Origin: Candidatus Fervidifonticultor secundus
GTDB lineage: Bacteria; Sysuimicrobiota; Sysuimicrobiia; Sysuimicrobiales; Humicultoraceae
Reading direction: 5' to 3'
Assembly: GCA_031459385.1 (NCBI GenBank)
Contig: JAVKIP010000001.1
Span: 320,001 to 384,000, forward strand
DNA: 64,000 nucleotides
Within the stretch, counting starts at the first letter, position 1, and each line of letters opens with the position of its first letter. The translations under genes were made by a program, and so were the position numbers. The notes under the pieces are model-generated. The model worked only from the letters and a program-made list of their open reading frames with translations, made no database searches and was not told the origin of the DNA. Below are positions 39,757 through 48,694 of the stretch, piece after piece.

Positions 39757-40137
39757 ATGGCGCAGACATCCTTTGCCGGCGCCCTCCGCGGGCGCGAGGA
39801 GATCACGATCACCGTTCGAGGCCGGCGCACCGGCCGGGCCATCACGCTACCGGTCTGGTTCGTATTGGACCGTACGACGCTCTGGCTGCTCCCCGTGCGC
39901 GGATCCCGCAGCCAGTGGTTCAAGAACGTCGTGGCCGAGCCCACGATCACCGTGCGGGCCGGACGGCAGCGACAGACCCTGCCCGCCCGGCCGGTGAGGG
40001 ACCCCAAGGCGGTGAAAGCCGTCGTGCGGAAGTTCGAGGCCAAGTACACGCGGGCCCAGGTCGCCCGGTACTACGACGTCTTCGACGCGGCGGTGCGCGT
40101 CTCGCTGGGGGCGGGGACGCGCAGGCGGCGCGCCTAG
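39757..40137 (+). CDS. Deazaflavin (F420)-dependent nitroreductase/split-barrel family protein
   Basis: TVRGRRTG..ITLPVWF, SQWFKNVVAEP.ITV; SD GAGGAG. Confidence 0.7.
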   Translation: MAQTSFAGALRGREEITITVRGRRTGRAITLPVWFVLDRTTLWLLPVRGSRSQWFKNVVAEPTITVRAGRQRQTLPARPVRDPKAVKAVVRKFEAKYTRAQVARYYDVFDAAVRVSLGAGTRRRRA

Positions 40138-40154
40138 CCCGTGCTCCTGACAAC

Positions 40155-41042
40155 CTACGGGCGCACGGCGCTCAGGAACCGCCGTACCGCGTCGATGTGC
40201 GCCCCGGGCGTGGCCAGGCCTGCGCGCATCGTGACCACGGTAACGTGCGTGGCGCCCAGGCTGCGCCAGCGCTCCACCTCCTGGCGCCACTGGTCGGGCG
40301 TCGCCCTGCCGATGGCGATGCGGCCTTCCAGGCCGATGCGGGCGGGGTCGCGGCCGGCCGCGCGCGCGTACCGGCGCAGGCGGTCGACCTGTTCCGCGCG
40401 ATCCTGCTGCGGCAGGCGCTCGCGCTCGTTGCGCAGCGTGCCGCCCGGGAACCAGCCGTCAGCCAGGCGGGCGGTGCGGCGGATCGCCGCCTCCGACTCG
40501 CCGCCCATCCAGATGGGGATCGGCCGTTGCACCGGGAGCGGGTTGATCCCGGCGCGGGTGATCCGGTGGCGGCGGCCGTGGAAGGTCACCACCGGCTGGG
40601 TCCAGAGCAGACGCAGGACGTGGATCTGCTCTTCCACCGTGGCGCCGCGCCGGCGGAAGTCCATGCCCAGCGCCTCGTACTCCACCGAGTTCCACCCCAG
40701 GCCCACGCCCAGCCGCAGCCGGCCGCCGCTCAAGACGTCTACCTCCGCCGCCTGCTTGGCCACCAGGGCGGTCTGCCGCTGGGGCAGGATCAGGATGCCC
40801 GTCACCAGCTCGAGCCGGCGCGTGACGGCGGCCAGGTAGCCGAACAGGACGAACACCTCGTGGAACATGTCATCGCTGGTATAGCCCAGCCACCCGGGAC
40901 GGTCGGTCACATCCGCACCCAGCACATGGTCGTAGGCCAGCAGGTGGTCGTACCCCATCTCCTCCACGGCCTGGGCGAAGTCGCGGATCGCCCCCGGGTC
41001 GGTGCCGATCTCAGTTTGGGGAAAGACGACGCCGAATCGCAT
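40155..41042 (-). CDS. LLM class (probably F420-dependent) oxidoreductase
   Basis: MRFGVVFPQ, AYDHV, AKQAAEVDVLSGGRLRLGVGLGW, PIWMGG, LADGW. Confidence 0.88.
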   Translation of the reverse strand: MRFGVVFPQTEIGTDPGAIRDFAQAVEEMGYDHLLAYDHVLGADVTDRPGWLGYTSDDMFHEVFVLFGYLAAVTRRLELVTGILILPQRQTALVAKQAAEVDVLSGGRLRLGVGLGWNSVEYEALGMDFRRRGATVEEQIHVLRLLWTQPVVTFHGRRHRITRAGINPLPVQRPIPIWMGGESEAAIRRTARLADGWFPGGTLRNERERLPQQDRAEQVDRLRRYARAAGRDPARIGLEGRIAIGRATPDQWRQEVERWRSLGATHVTVVTMRAGLATPGAHIDAVRRFLSAVRP

Positions 41043-41130
41043 GAGCCCTCCGGTGCTGCTGGCAAGACCACGGCCGGGACCACTTCAGTATAGCAGGACG
41101 CGTCAGGTGGCGCCGGGAAGGTTTCCGGTG

Positions 41131-41730
41131 ATGCTCGAGGGAGCGCCCGACGAGGTGCGCACCGTCCCGCGCGTCGAGGAGGTCTTCGGCGACCTGCCCG
41201 TGCTCGAGACGCCGCGGTTGCTGCTTCGCCCGCTCACCCTGGAGGACGCCGCAGACATCTACGCGTACGCCTCGGATCCGGAGGTCAGCCGCTACGTCAC
41301 CTGGCACGCGCACCGCAGCATCGAGGACACGCGGACGTTCCTCCACGGTGCGCTGGCCCTGTACGCAGCCGGTCAGGTCGCGCCCTGGGGCATGGTCCAC
41401 CGCGCCGACGGGAAGGTCATCGGCACCTGCGGCTTCGTCTCCTGGTATCCCGACCACGGCCGGGCCGAGATCGGCTACTCGCTGGCCCGCGCCTACTGGC
41501 GTCAGGGCTACACCACCGAAGCCGTGCGGCGCATCATGCGCTTCGGCTTCGAGGTCATGGCCCTCAATCGGATCGAGGCGCGGTGCGAGATTCCCAACGT
41601 GGCGTCCGCGCGGCTGCTGGAGAAGGTCGGCATGACGTTCGAAGGCATCCTGCGCGAGCACGTGTACGGCAAGGGCCGCTACCGCGACATGCAGATGTAC
41701 TCGATCCTGCGCCGGGAGTGGCACCCGTAG
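41131..41730 (+). CDS. GNAT N-acetyltransferase, RimJ/RimL family
   Basis: LETPRLLLRPL, AEIGYSL, YWRQGYTTEA, NVASARLLEKVGM.FEG.LR. Confidence 0.92.
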   Translation: MLEGAPDEVRTVPRVEEVFGDLPVLETPRLLLRPLTLEDAADIYAYASDPEVSRYVTWHAHRSIEDTRTFLHGALALYAAGQVAPWGMVHRADGKVIGTCGFVSWYPDHGRAEIGYSLARAYWRQGYTTEAVRRIMRFGFEVMALNRIEARCEIPNVASARLLEKVGMTFEGILREHVYGKGRYRDMQMYSILRREWHP

Positions 41731-41750
41731 GCTGGGGTGTCGCGTGGGCC

Positions 41751-42956
41751 TCACGTGTCCCGGACGGGCTGCGGGCGCGCCCCGGGCTGCGCGGTCAGCG
41801 CGCCGGCGGCCAGCGCCGTGGCCAGGAGGAAGCCTGAGGCGACCACGAAGGCGGCCTGGAAGCCGACGTCGTCGATGACGAAGCCGATGACGACCGGCGC
41901 CGCCATGGCGCCGAAGTCGCCCAGCGTGCGGTTGACGCCCAGCGCCGTGCCCCAGCGGGCCTCGGGCACCCGGTCGGTGATCATGGCGATGACGAAGCTG
42001 CCGCCCAGGTTGGCCCACGAGACCAGCGAGACCGCCAGCACCAGGGTGCCCAGCGAGCCGACGGCGAGAAAGCTCAGCACCGACAGCGCCAGCGCCACGA
42101 GCCCGCCGATCACGACCGGGCGCGTGCCGTAGCGGCGCACCAGCCAGCCGCCCAGCAGCGCGCTGACGAACCGCTGCAGCGTCCCCACCATGAGCAGGGT
42201 GCCGATCGCTGCAGCACCCAGGTGCACCTCGCGCGCGGCGTACAGCGGGATCAGCGTGGTGAGTACCCCGCCGTGGAAGAACAGGAACGCCAGCATGCAC
42301 AGGCCGGGCCCCACGACGTCGCCGGGCCGCGCACGCTCGGCCGCGGCCGCCGCGCGCTCCGGGGCGTCAGGCGACGGACCAGGCCCAGGCAGCCTGCGGC
42401 CGACCGCCGCGGCCACCGCGCCCGCGGCGACCGCGAGCCCGAAGGAGGCGCGCCAGCTCAGCCAGTCGGCCAGCACGCCGCCGGCGGCGGGGCCGAGCGC
42501 GCTGCCCGTGAGGCCCGCGAGCTGATGGTAGCTGAACAGCTGCGCCTTCGTGTCCGGCGTGGCGAGCCGGGCCAGCCAGAACTGCACCGACAGGAAGAAC
42601 AGGGCCGAACCCAGCCCCATGATCGCCCGGCCGGCGATCACCACCCAGAAGACCGGGGCTGCAGCCGCCACCACCGCACCGGCTGCCAGGATCGCGCCGC
42701 CGGTCGCAACGGTGTGCGGGAGCCGCGACCGCGCCACGTACCGGCTCATGGGCAAGTTGAACAACAGCCGCACACCGTTGTAGACGCCCAGCGCCAGAGC
42801 CACCGCGCCGGCCGAGACCCGGAAGTCGCGCTGGATCTGCGGGATCAATGGGCCCATGACGGAGACGCCGAGGTCGATGACCAGGAGGAGCGTCAGCAGC
42901 CGCACCGCTCCGGCGGCCGCCGACCAGCCCGCGGACGTGGTGCGCAGTCGGCTCAA
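41751..42956 (-). CDS. MFS transporter
   Basis: About 12 hydrophobic segments, GRAIMGLG, ALGPAAGG; start approximate. Confidence 0.85.
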   Translation of the reverse strand: MSRLRTTSAGWSAAAGAVRLLTLLLVIDLGVSVMGPLIPQIQRDFRVSAGAVALALGVYNGVRLLFNLPMSRYVARSRLPHTVATGGAILAAGAVVAAAAPVFWVVIAGRAIMGLGSALFFLSVQFWLARLATPDTKAQLFSYHQLAGLTGSALGPAAGGVLADWLSWRASFGLAVAAGAVAAAVGRRLPGPGPSPDAPERAAAAAERARPGDVVGPGLCMLAFLFFHGGVLTTLIPLYAAREVHLGAAAIGTLLMVGTLQRFVSALLGGWLVRRYGTRPVVIGGLVALALSVLSFLAVGSLGTLVLAVSLVSWANLGGSFVIAMITDRVPEARWGTALGVNRTLGDFGAMAAPVVIGFVIDDVGFQAAFVVASGFLLATALAAGALTAQPGARPQPVRDT

Positions 42957-43019
42957 GGCGACGCAGAAAAGCAGGTGCAGGCGGGCGGATGGATGCCGCC
43001 GGGCACGCCTGCTGCGAGA

Positions 43020-43538
43020 CTACGACCGCGGGTTGACCGGTGAGAACCCCGGGCCGCGGTCCGGCTGCGGGAACGGCAACCCCGGAATCGCCGGGCCCTG
43101 GTAGGGATCGAGTCGGAAGTACTCGGGCGGCGACGTGGGGCGGCCGGGACCGTCCTGCGGACCCGGACCGGGTCGCAGCTGGTAGAGCTGGCCGTTGTGG
43201 TAGAAGAGGATGATCGGCTCGCACTCACCCTGCTGGGTGCCTGGCAGCTGTCCTGGTGTCTGCTGGCCCGGGAAAGGCAGCGGGACGAACTCGCGCAGGT
43301 TCGGGGCCCGCCCCGGCGCACCCGGCGTCCCCGGGGTGATCTGGTTGGGGAACGGCTGCGGCACCTGACCCGGGGCCGGCACGATGGGCTCGAGGATCTG
43401 GGCCGGCTGGACGAGCGGGCGGGCGCCACCAGCCGCGGCCGCGGCCGTGCGGCCTGCCGCGAGCCCGGCCGTGTACGCGAGCACCCCCACGACACCTGCG
43501 ACCACGGTGACCAGCAGAAGTACGCGCGTCCTGGCCAT
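43020..43538 (-). CDS. Hypothetical Pro/Gly/Gln-rich protein with N-terminal signal/TM segment
   Basis: SD GGGAGG before ATG 43538; MARTRVLLLVTVVAGVVGVLAYTAG; extended -10 TGCTATTCT upstream. Confidence 0.65.
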   Translation of the reverse strand: MARTRVLLLVTVVAGVVGVLAYTAGLAAGRTAAAAAGGARPLVQPAQILEPIVPAPGQVPQPFPNQITPGTPGAPGRAPNLREFVPLPFPGQQTPGQLPGTQQGECEPIILFYHNGQLYQLRPGPGPQDGPGRPTSPPEYFRLDPYQGPAIPGLPFPQPDRGPGFSPVNPRS

Positions 43539-43566
43539 GGCGTCCCCTCCCACCTCGGATACGCAT

Positions 43567-43575
43567 AGAATAGCA
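43567..43575 (-). promoter_or_regulatory. Extended -10 element TGCTATTCT
   Basis: Identical to the extended -10 seen at glnA; about 30 nt upstream of ATG 43538. Confidence 0.45.
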
Positions 43576-43727
43576 CAAAGGGGGCGCGGTTCAGCCCACA
43601 CCTGCCCCCGAGGTTCTCCCACCCACTGGACCTGCGCGCGGCCGCGTAGCATATCATGGAGGTGCTCGAGGCGGAGTGTGGCAGCGCCGATGGCGCTGCG
43701 GATCTTGCACGGCAGGAGGAAGGAGCC

Positions 43728-44185
43728 ATGGGTACCAGGCGATGGGTGAGCTGACTGCTGGCCGTGTCGCTGGCGGTGGCGCTGGTCGGGCTCCGGGGGT
43801 GGGCAGGTCCCACCGAGCCGGTCGTGCTGGGTGCCGGTCGGCGGATCTCATCAAGCACCGGGGCTACCGCGTCGCCGCAGCCCGTGTCGAGGCGGTCCTG
43901 CAGGAGCACCCTGCGGTCGTGGCGGCATGCGTGGTGGGAGTTCCCGATGCCGACGCCGGCGAGGGCGTGAAGGCCTTTGTAGTCATGAAGGAGGGGACGC
44001 GGGGGGTCTCGGCCCACGACCTGCTGCAGTGGTGCCGTCGGCGGCTGGCGCCGTATGAAGTCCCCCACTACGTCGAGTTCCGTGACATGCTGCCCGAGTC
44101 GCGGGTGGGGAAGCTGCTGCGGCGGGAGCTGCGCGAGCAGGAACGCCGCAAGGTTGACGCGGGCGGAGGCCGCTCTCTAAGATGA
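43728..44185 (+). pseudogene. Chimeric remnant: interrupted signal-peptide N-terminus joined to the C-terminal domain of an acyl-CoA synthetase
   Basis: MGTRRWVS*LLAVSLAVALVG..EPVVLG after a strong SD, then in another frame RSADLIKHRGYRV..VEAVLQEHPAV..VVGVPD..GE.VKAFVV..LAPYEVP..LP..VGKLLRR; no AMP-binding N-terminal domain. Confidence 0.7.
44154..44183 (+). promoter_or_regulatory. Putative sigma70 promoter for a near-leaderless gene
   Basis: TTGACG (44154-44159), 18-nt spacer, TAAGAT (44178-44183), ATG 9 nt later with no SD. Confidence 0.5.
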
Positions 44186-44192
44186 ACCCACT

Positions 44193-44561
44193 ATGGCCCT
44201 GATCTTCACCTTCCCCTGTGGCGGCTGCGGGCGGCGGTACACGGTCTACTACCCCAAGGCCCTCATGTACGAACTCTCCGGCAGCGGTACCCGGGAGATG
44301 GGCGTGAAGGAAGACGAGGCGGAGCGGGCCGCGGGCAACGTCGAGGCCGCGCGCCGGCGTGCTGAAGGGCAGGGGAACATCTGGGTCGACGCCTCCGAGC
44401 GGCTGGAACTGGTCTGCGTCTGCGGGAAGAAGCTGAACTTCAACATCGCCCAGCACCCGCGCGTGCCGCAGTCCAAGCAGGCGGCGCAGAAGCGGCAGAC
44501 GGGGCTGATCCCGTTTCCCGAGATGGCCAGACCCCGACACGGTCCCAAGAGCGCCCCGTAG
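44193..44561 (+). CDS. Hypothetical protein with CxxC...CxC (possible Zn ribbon)
   Basis: FPCGGCGRRY and LVCVCGKK; coding-like codon use. Confidence 0.7.
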   Translation: MALIFTFPCGGCGRRYTVYYPKALMYELSGSGTREMGVKEDEAERAAGNVEAARRRAEGQGNIWVDASERLELVCVCGKKLNFNIAQHPRVPQSKQAAQKRQTGLIPFPEMARPRHGPKSAP

Positions 44562-44635
44562 CTCCCGGAGGCGACCGGCGCCGTCCTCCCACGCGTCGGT
44601 GCGCCGGGAGCAGACGTGCGCCGGCCTGACGCACG

Positions 44636-45364
44636 TTACGCGCCGGCCACCACGCGGTTCCGCAGCACCCCCACCCCGCCGACTTCGACCTCGACCACGT
44701 CGCCTGGCTGCAGGGGTCCCACCCCCTTCGGCGTGCCGGTGGCGATGACATCGCCGCGCTCGAGGGTCATGATGGACGAGACGACCTCGATGAGCGTCGG
44801 CACATCGAAGATCATGGAGCGCGTGTTCGACGACTGCTTCGTCTCGCCGTTGACCCGCGCCGCCAGGTCGAGGGCGCCCGGATCGACGCCGGTGACGATC
44901 CACGGGCCGAGTGGTGCCGAGGCGTCGAAGGCCTTGGCGCGCACCCACTGCTGCTCTGTCCGCTGGACGTCACGCGCGGTGATGTCGTTGAACGCGGTGT
45001 AGCCCCAGACGACGTCCAGGGCCCGGGCGCGGGGCACCCGCCGGCACCGCTGGCCGATGACCACCGCCAGTTCCGCCTCGTACTCCAGCTGGCGCGTGTG
45101 TGGGGGGTAGGGGATCGGCGCGTCGTGTCCGACCAGGGCGCTGGGCGGTTTGAGGAACAGCAGCGGCTCCGCCGGCGGTTCCCATGCCAGCTCGGCGGCG
45201 TGGTCTTGGTAGTTGAAGCCCACGCAGATGATCTTGGTGGGCACGCACGGCGGGGCGAAGGTCGCCCCGGTGACGGGCAGGCGCACGTCGCCGGCGACGA
45301 CGACCTCGCCCTCGACACGGGCGTCGAGCACTGCGTGGTTGTGGACGATGCGTGCGTGGATCAT
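44636..45364 (-). CDS. Fumarylacetoacetate hydrolase family protein
   Basis: KIICVGFNY.DHA.E, LFLKPP, EYEAEL, NDITARD, AKAFD, GDVIATGTP; SD AGGAGG. Confidence 0.92.
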   Translation of the reverse strand: MIHARIVHNHAVLDARVEGEVVVAGDVRLPVTGATFAPPCVPTKIICVGFNYQDHAAELAWEPPAEPLLFLKPPSALVGHDAPIPYPPHTRQLEYEAELAVVIGQRCRRVPRARALDVVWGYTAFNDITARDVQRTEQQWVRAKAFDASAPLGPWIVTGVDPGALDLAARVNGETKQSSNTRSMIFDVPTLIEVVSSIMTLERGDVIATGTPKGVGPLQPGDVVEVEVGGVGVLRNRVVAGA

Positions 45365-45401
45365 GCGCGCGTACCCTCCTGATCTGTGGCCGGCCGCGCG
45401 C

Positions 45402-47390
45402 TCAACGCAGCAGGACCCCGGCCGGCCAGCGCAGATCGAACCCCAGACCCAGCAGGTGGACGAAGCCGAGTGCCGCCAGCGCGTAGGCTGCGGCAGCCAG
45501 CGCGCGCAGCCCGGCCACCCGCCAGAGGAACAGCAGGACGAACACGAACGACGCCGCGTGGAACCCCAGCAGCCAGACCAGCGCCAGGTAGGCGGCGATG
45601 ACGCCGAACCGGCGCGCCTCCCGACCGGCGTCGGCGCCCGCGTCCGCCGGCGCACCGTCCTCCGCGGCATCGTCGGGGGGCCCGGGTACCTCGCCCCGCA
45701 CCGCCCGGACGGTCTGCAGCGCGGCCAGCGCGAGTCCCGGGACGCCGGCGAGCAACGGCATCAGCCGGGCGTCGAACTGGAAGCCTGCGCCCTGGCCGAC
45801 GCCGACGGCGAAGACGGCCAGCGCGGCCAGCGCCATGGCCACCGGGACCGCGGACGCCGGGCCGCGCGCCGGCACGGCCATGGACGGTGGCGCGCCCGCC
45901 GGCGACTGTGCGGCGTCCGGGACGACGCGGGCTCCCCAAAGGCGCCTCACCGCGCCCAGCACGAACGGCGCGGCCACCAGCGCGCCGATCGCCAGCACCC
46001 CCGGATAGCCCAGCCACCGCCAGCCGTGCAGCTTGACCGTGAGCCAGAAGTACCGCTCCATCGGCTTGGCCAGCACGAAGCCGATGAGCAGCGGGGCCCG
46101 CGGCCACCCCGAGCGTTTCATCGCCCAGCCGAGCAGGCCGAGCAGCAGCAGGGCGAGCAAGTCGCCGGCGTGGCGCGTCGACTGATAGGCGCCCAGCACC
46201 ATGGTCACCAGCAGCGGCGGGGCCACGAGCGCGAAGGGCACGTGCGTGACCCGCGCCAGTCCGGGGCTCAGCAGGAAACACAGCGCGGCGCCCAGGATGT
46301 TGGCCAGCGCGAAGGACCAGACGATGACGTAGACCACGTCCAGGTGTTCCTGGACGAGCCGCGGGCCGGGGTAGATGCCGTAGGCGTACAACGCGCCCAG
46401 GATGACCGCGGCGGCCGGACCGCCCGGCACGCTGAAGAGCAGCGTCGGGATCAGGTCGCCGGCGGCGGCGGCGTTGTTGGCGCTCTCGGGCGCGATGATC
46501 CCGCGCACGTCGCCCCTGCCGAAGCGGCCGCGGTCGCGGCTGGCGGCCACGGTGTGCCCGTACGACATCCACGCGGCCGCGGTGGCGCCGATGGCGGGCA
46601 GCACCCCGGCCCAGATGCCGATCAACGCACCGCGCAGCACCAGCCACCGGTGCGCGACGACATCCCGGACGCCGTCGCGCCAGCCGCCGCCCAGCCCGAC
46701 CTCCCGCGCAATGGCGCCGCCGCGCGCCAGCAGCGTGACGATCTCCGCGATCCCGAAGACGCCCAGCGCCAGCACCACCAGCGAGAGGCCGTCCAGCAGG
46801 TAGAGCTGGCCGAACGTGTACCGGAACTCGGCCGCGGCCGGCGCCGGGCCGACCAGGCCGAGCAATACACCCAGCAGCCCGGCCAGCAGCCCCTTCACCG
46901 CCGACCGGCCCAGCAGGCTGCCGGCGTACGCCACGCCCAGCGCCGTGAACATGAACAACTCGGGCGAGCCGAGCAGCATCACCAGCGGCCGGGCGATGGG
47001 GATGGCCAGCGTGAGCCCCACGACCCCCAGGAAGCCGCCGATCAGCGACGAGAGGAACGCGGCCGCCAGGGCCCGCGCGGCCTGCCCCTGCCGGGCCAGG
47101 GCGTGGCCCTCGATGGCGGTGGGTGCCGCGGCGGGCGAGCCAGGCGTGCCCACCAGCACCGAGGTGATCACGTCGCCGGTGTAGACGACCGCCAGCGCGC
47201 CCGTCAGCATCGCCAGCGCGGTGGTGACGTCGAGGCGAACGATCAGGGGGAGGAGGACCGAGACCGCCACGATGCCGCCCAGCCCGGGCAGCAGGCCGAC
47301 GGCGAGCCCGGCGAGCACGCCCACCGCCAGCAGCCCCAGCCGGGCAGGGCTGGCGAACGTCTGGAGCGCTGCGAGCGCCGCGTCAAGCAC
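45402..47390 (-). CDS. tctA: Tripartite tricarboxylate transporter permease, TctA with fused TctB-like C-terminus (copy 1)
   Basis: GLLPGLGG, GTPGS, APESANNA, LIPTLLFSVPG, PRAPLLIGFVL; about 150 extra aa with 4-5 TM. Confidence 0.85.
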   Translation of the reverse strand: MLDAALAALQTFASPARLGLLAVGVLAGLAVGLLPGLGGIVAVSVLLPLIVRLDVTTALAMLTGALAVVYTGDVITSVLVGTPGSPAAAPTAIEGHALARQGQAARALAAAFLSSLIGGFLGVVGLTLAIPIARPLVMLLGSPELFMFTALGVAYAGSLLGRSAVKGLLAGLLGVLLGLVGPAPAAAEFRYTFGQLYLLDGLSLVVLALGVFGIAEIVTLLARGGAIAREVGLGGGWRDGVRDVVAHRWLVLRGALIGIWAGVLPAIGATAAAWMSYGHTVAASRDRGRFGRGDVRGIIAPESANNAAAAGDLIPTLLFSVPGGPAAAVILGALYAYGIYPGPRLVQEHLDVVYVIVWSFALANILGAALCFLLSPGLARVTHVPFALVAPPLLVTMVLGAYQSTRHAGDLLALLLLGLLGWAMKRSGWPRAPLLIGFVLAKPMERYFWLTVKLHGWRWLGYPGVLAIGALVAAPFVLGAVRRLWGARVVPDAAQSPAGAPPSMAVPARGPASAVPVAMALAALAVFAVGVGQGAGFQFDARLMPLLAGVPGLALAALQTVRAVRGEVPGPPDDAAEDGAPADAGADAGREARRFGVIAAYLALVWLLGFHAASFVFVLLFLWRVAGLRALAAAAYALAALGFVHLLGLGFDLRWPAGVLLR

Positions 47391-47470
47391 GGCGCGCTGT
47401 CGACGCGCCCGGCGTAGCGGTGGAAGCCACGCGCCCGGGCACTGTCACTGCGCGCGGCCAGGGCCGCACG

Positions 47471-48595
47471 CTAGAACCGCACGTTGTACTTCTCCCGCAG
47501 CAGGTCGGCGATCCACTTCTGCACGTCCAGCGTCGGCCGCATCGCCTTGCGCACGCCGGCTTCCACCTGGTCGCCGCGCCGCAGCAGGTAGCCGCCGGTG
47601 ACGCTCTTCGCCCGCTCCTTGAACTCGGGATCGGCCACGATGCGGTCGATGGCCTCGTTGATGGCGCGCAGCGCCGCGTCGGGCGTCCCCTCCGGCGCCC
47701 ACCAGGTGAGTCCGTAGGTGAACGTCAGGGACGACGCGGCCTCGTAGGCCCGCCAGCGCGGCCCTGCCGGCCGGCTTTTGTAAAGGTCGCGGTAGACCTC
47801 GAACGTCGAGGGGAGATCGGCGACGACCGGATCGCGCAGGACCAGTTCGCCGCGCTCGTTGGGGAAGCCGCCGGTGAAGAGGGGCACGGCCTTGCCGTCC
47901 TTGACCAGCGGCACCACCTGGGTCAGGTAGACCGGCGTGAACTGGAAGTCCAGGTTGGTCTCGCCGCGCTCGAACGCGAGCCGGATCGGTCCCCGCCCCT
48001 CGAACCCCAGCACCACCTTGACGGGCAGGCGCAGCAGCTCGAACGCGATCAGCACGGGCAGGTCGCTCCCGGTCGCTGCGATGCCGCCGTAGACCAGCGG
48101 CTCCGCGGGCTTCAGCAGGTCGGCGGCTTTGCGGACGCCGGTCTTCGGCGCGACGTAGACCACGGGCCCGAACGCCAGCGTCATCGCCACGCGCATCTTC
48201 GCCAGGTCGTAGCGGGCCGAGGGGTGGCCGAACATCCAGGGGAAGACCGTGGACGAGGTGGTGCACATCAACATCAGCCCGTCGGGCTTGGCGTTGGCCG
48301 CGAAGAACGACGCGCCGAGCATCGAGCCGCCGCCTGGCACGTTGCGCACGGTCACGCGCGGCCCCCCGGCCAGGTGCTTCTCGAGGAACGGTGCAACGAA
48401 GCGCGCCCCCACGTCGGCCGCGCCGCCTGGCGCGAACGGCACGATGACCTCGATGGTCTTGCCGGCGTAATAGGGCGCCTGGCCGCGGGCGGGTCCGACG
48501 ACCGCGGCGAGCAGACCGGCGAGCGCGATGAGGAAGCCGGCGCGGGCGCTCCGGCCCCGCCGTGCGGCGGGTGTGGGCGCTGTCAGGGTCTGCAT
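47471..48595 (-). CDS. tctC: Tripartite tricarboxylate transporter substrate-binding protein (Bug/TctC, copy 1)
   Basis: Signal peptide, GKTIEVIVPFAPGGAAD, NVPGGGS, KPDGL, LAFERGE. Confidence 0.85.
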   Translation of the reverse strand: MQTLTAPTPAARRGRSARAGFLIALAGLLAAVVGPARGQAPYYAGKTIEVIVPFAPGGAADVGARFVAPFLEKHLAGGPRVTVRNVPGGGSMLGASFFAANAKPDGLMLMCTTSSTVFPWMFGHPSARYDLAKMRVAMTLAFGPVVYVAPKTGVRKAADLLKPAEPLVYGGIAATGSDLPVLIAFELLRLPVKVVLGFEGRGPIRLAFERGETNLDFQFTPVYLTQVVPLVKDGKAVPLFTGGFPNERGELVLRDPVVADLPSTFEVYRDLYKSRPAGPRWRAYEAASSLTFTYGLTWWAPEGTPDAALRAINEAIDRIVADPEFKERAKSVTGGYLLRRGDQVEAGVRKAMRPTLDVQKWIADLLREKYNVRF

Positions 48596-48694
48596 GGATC
48601 CGTCACCTCCGCCAGATCTCCCGGGCGCGGGCCCGGGACCGTCACACAGCAGATCTCCCGGGCCAGGGCCCGGAGCCGTGACGCTGCCCCGGGG

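Noticed and set aside
43752..43754. In-frame TGA as selenocysteine
   Set aside because: Lies in a signal-peptide-like segment of a frame that does not continue into a domain; no SECIS recognised; nonsense mutation is simpler
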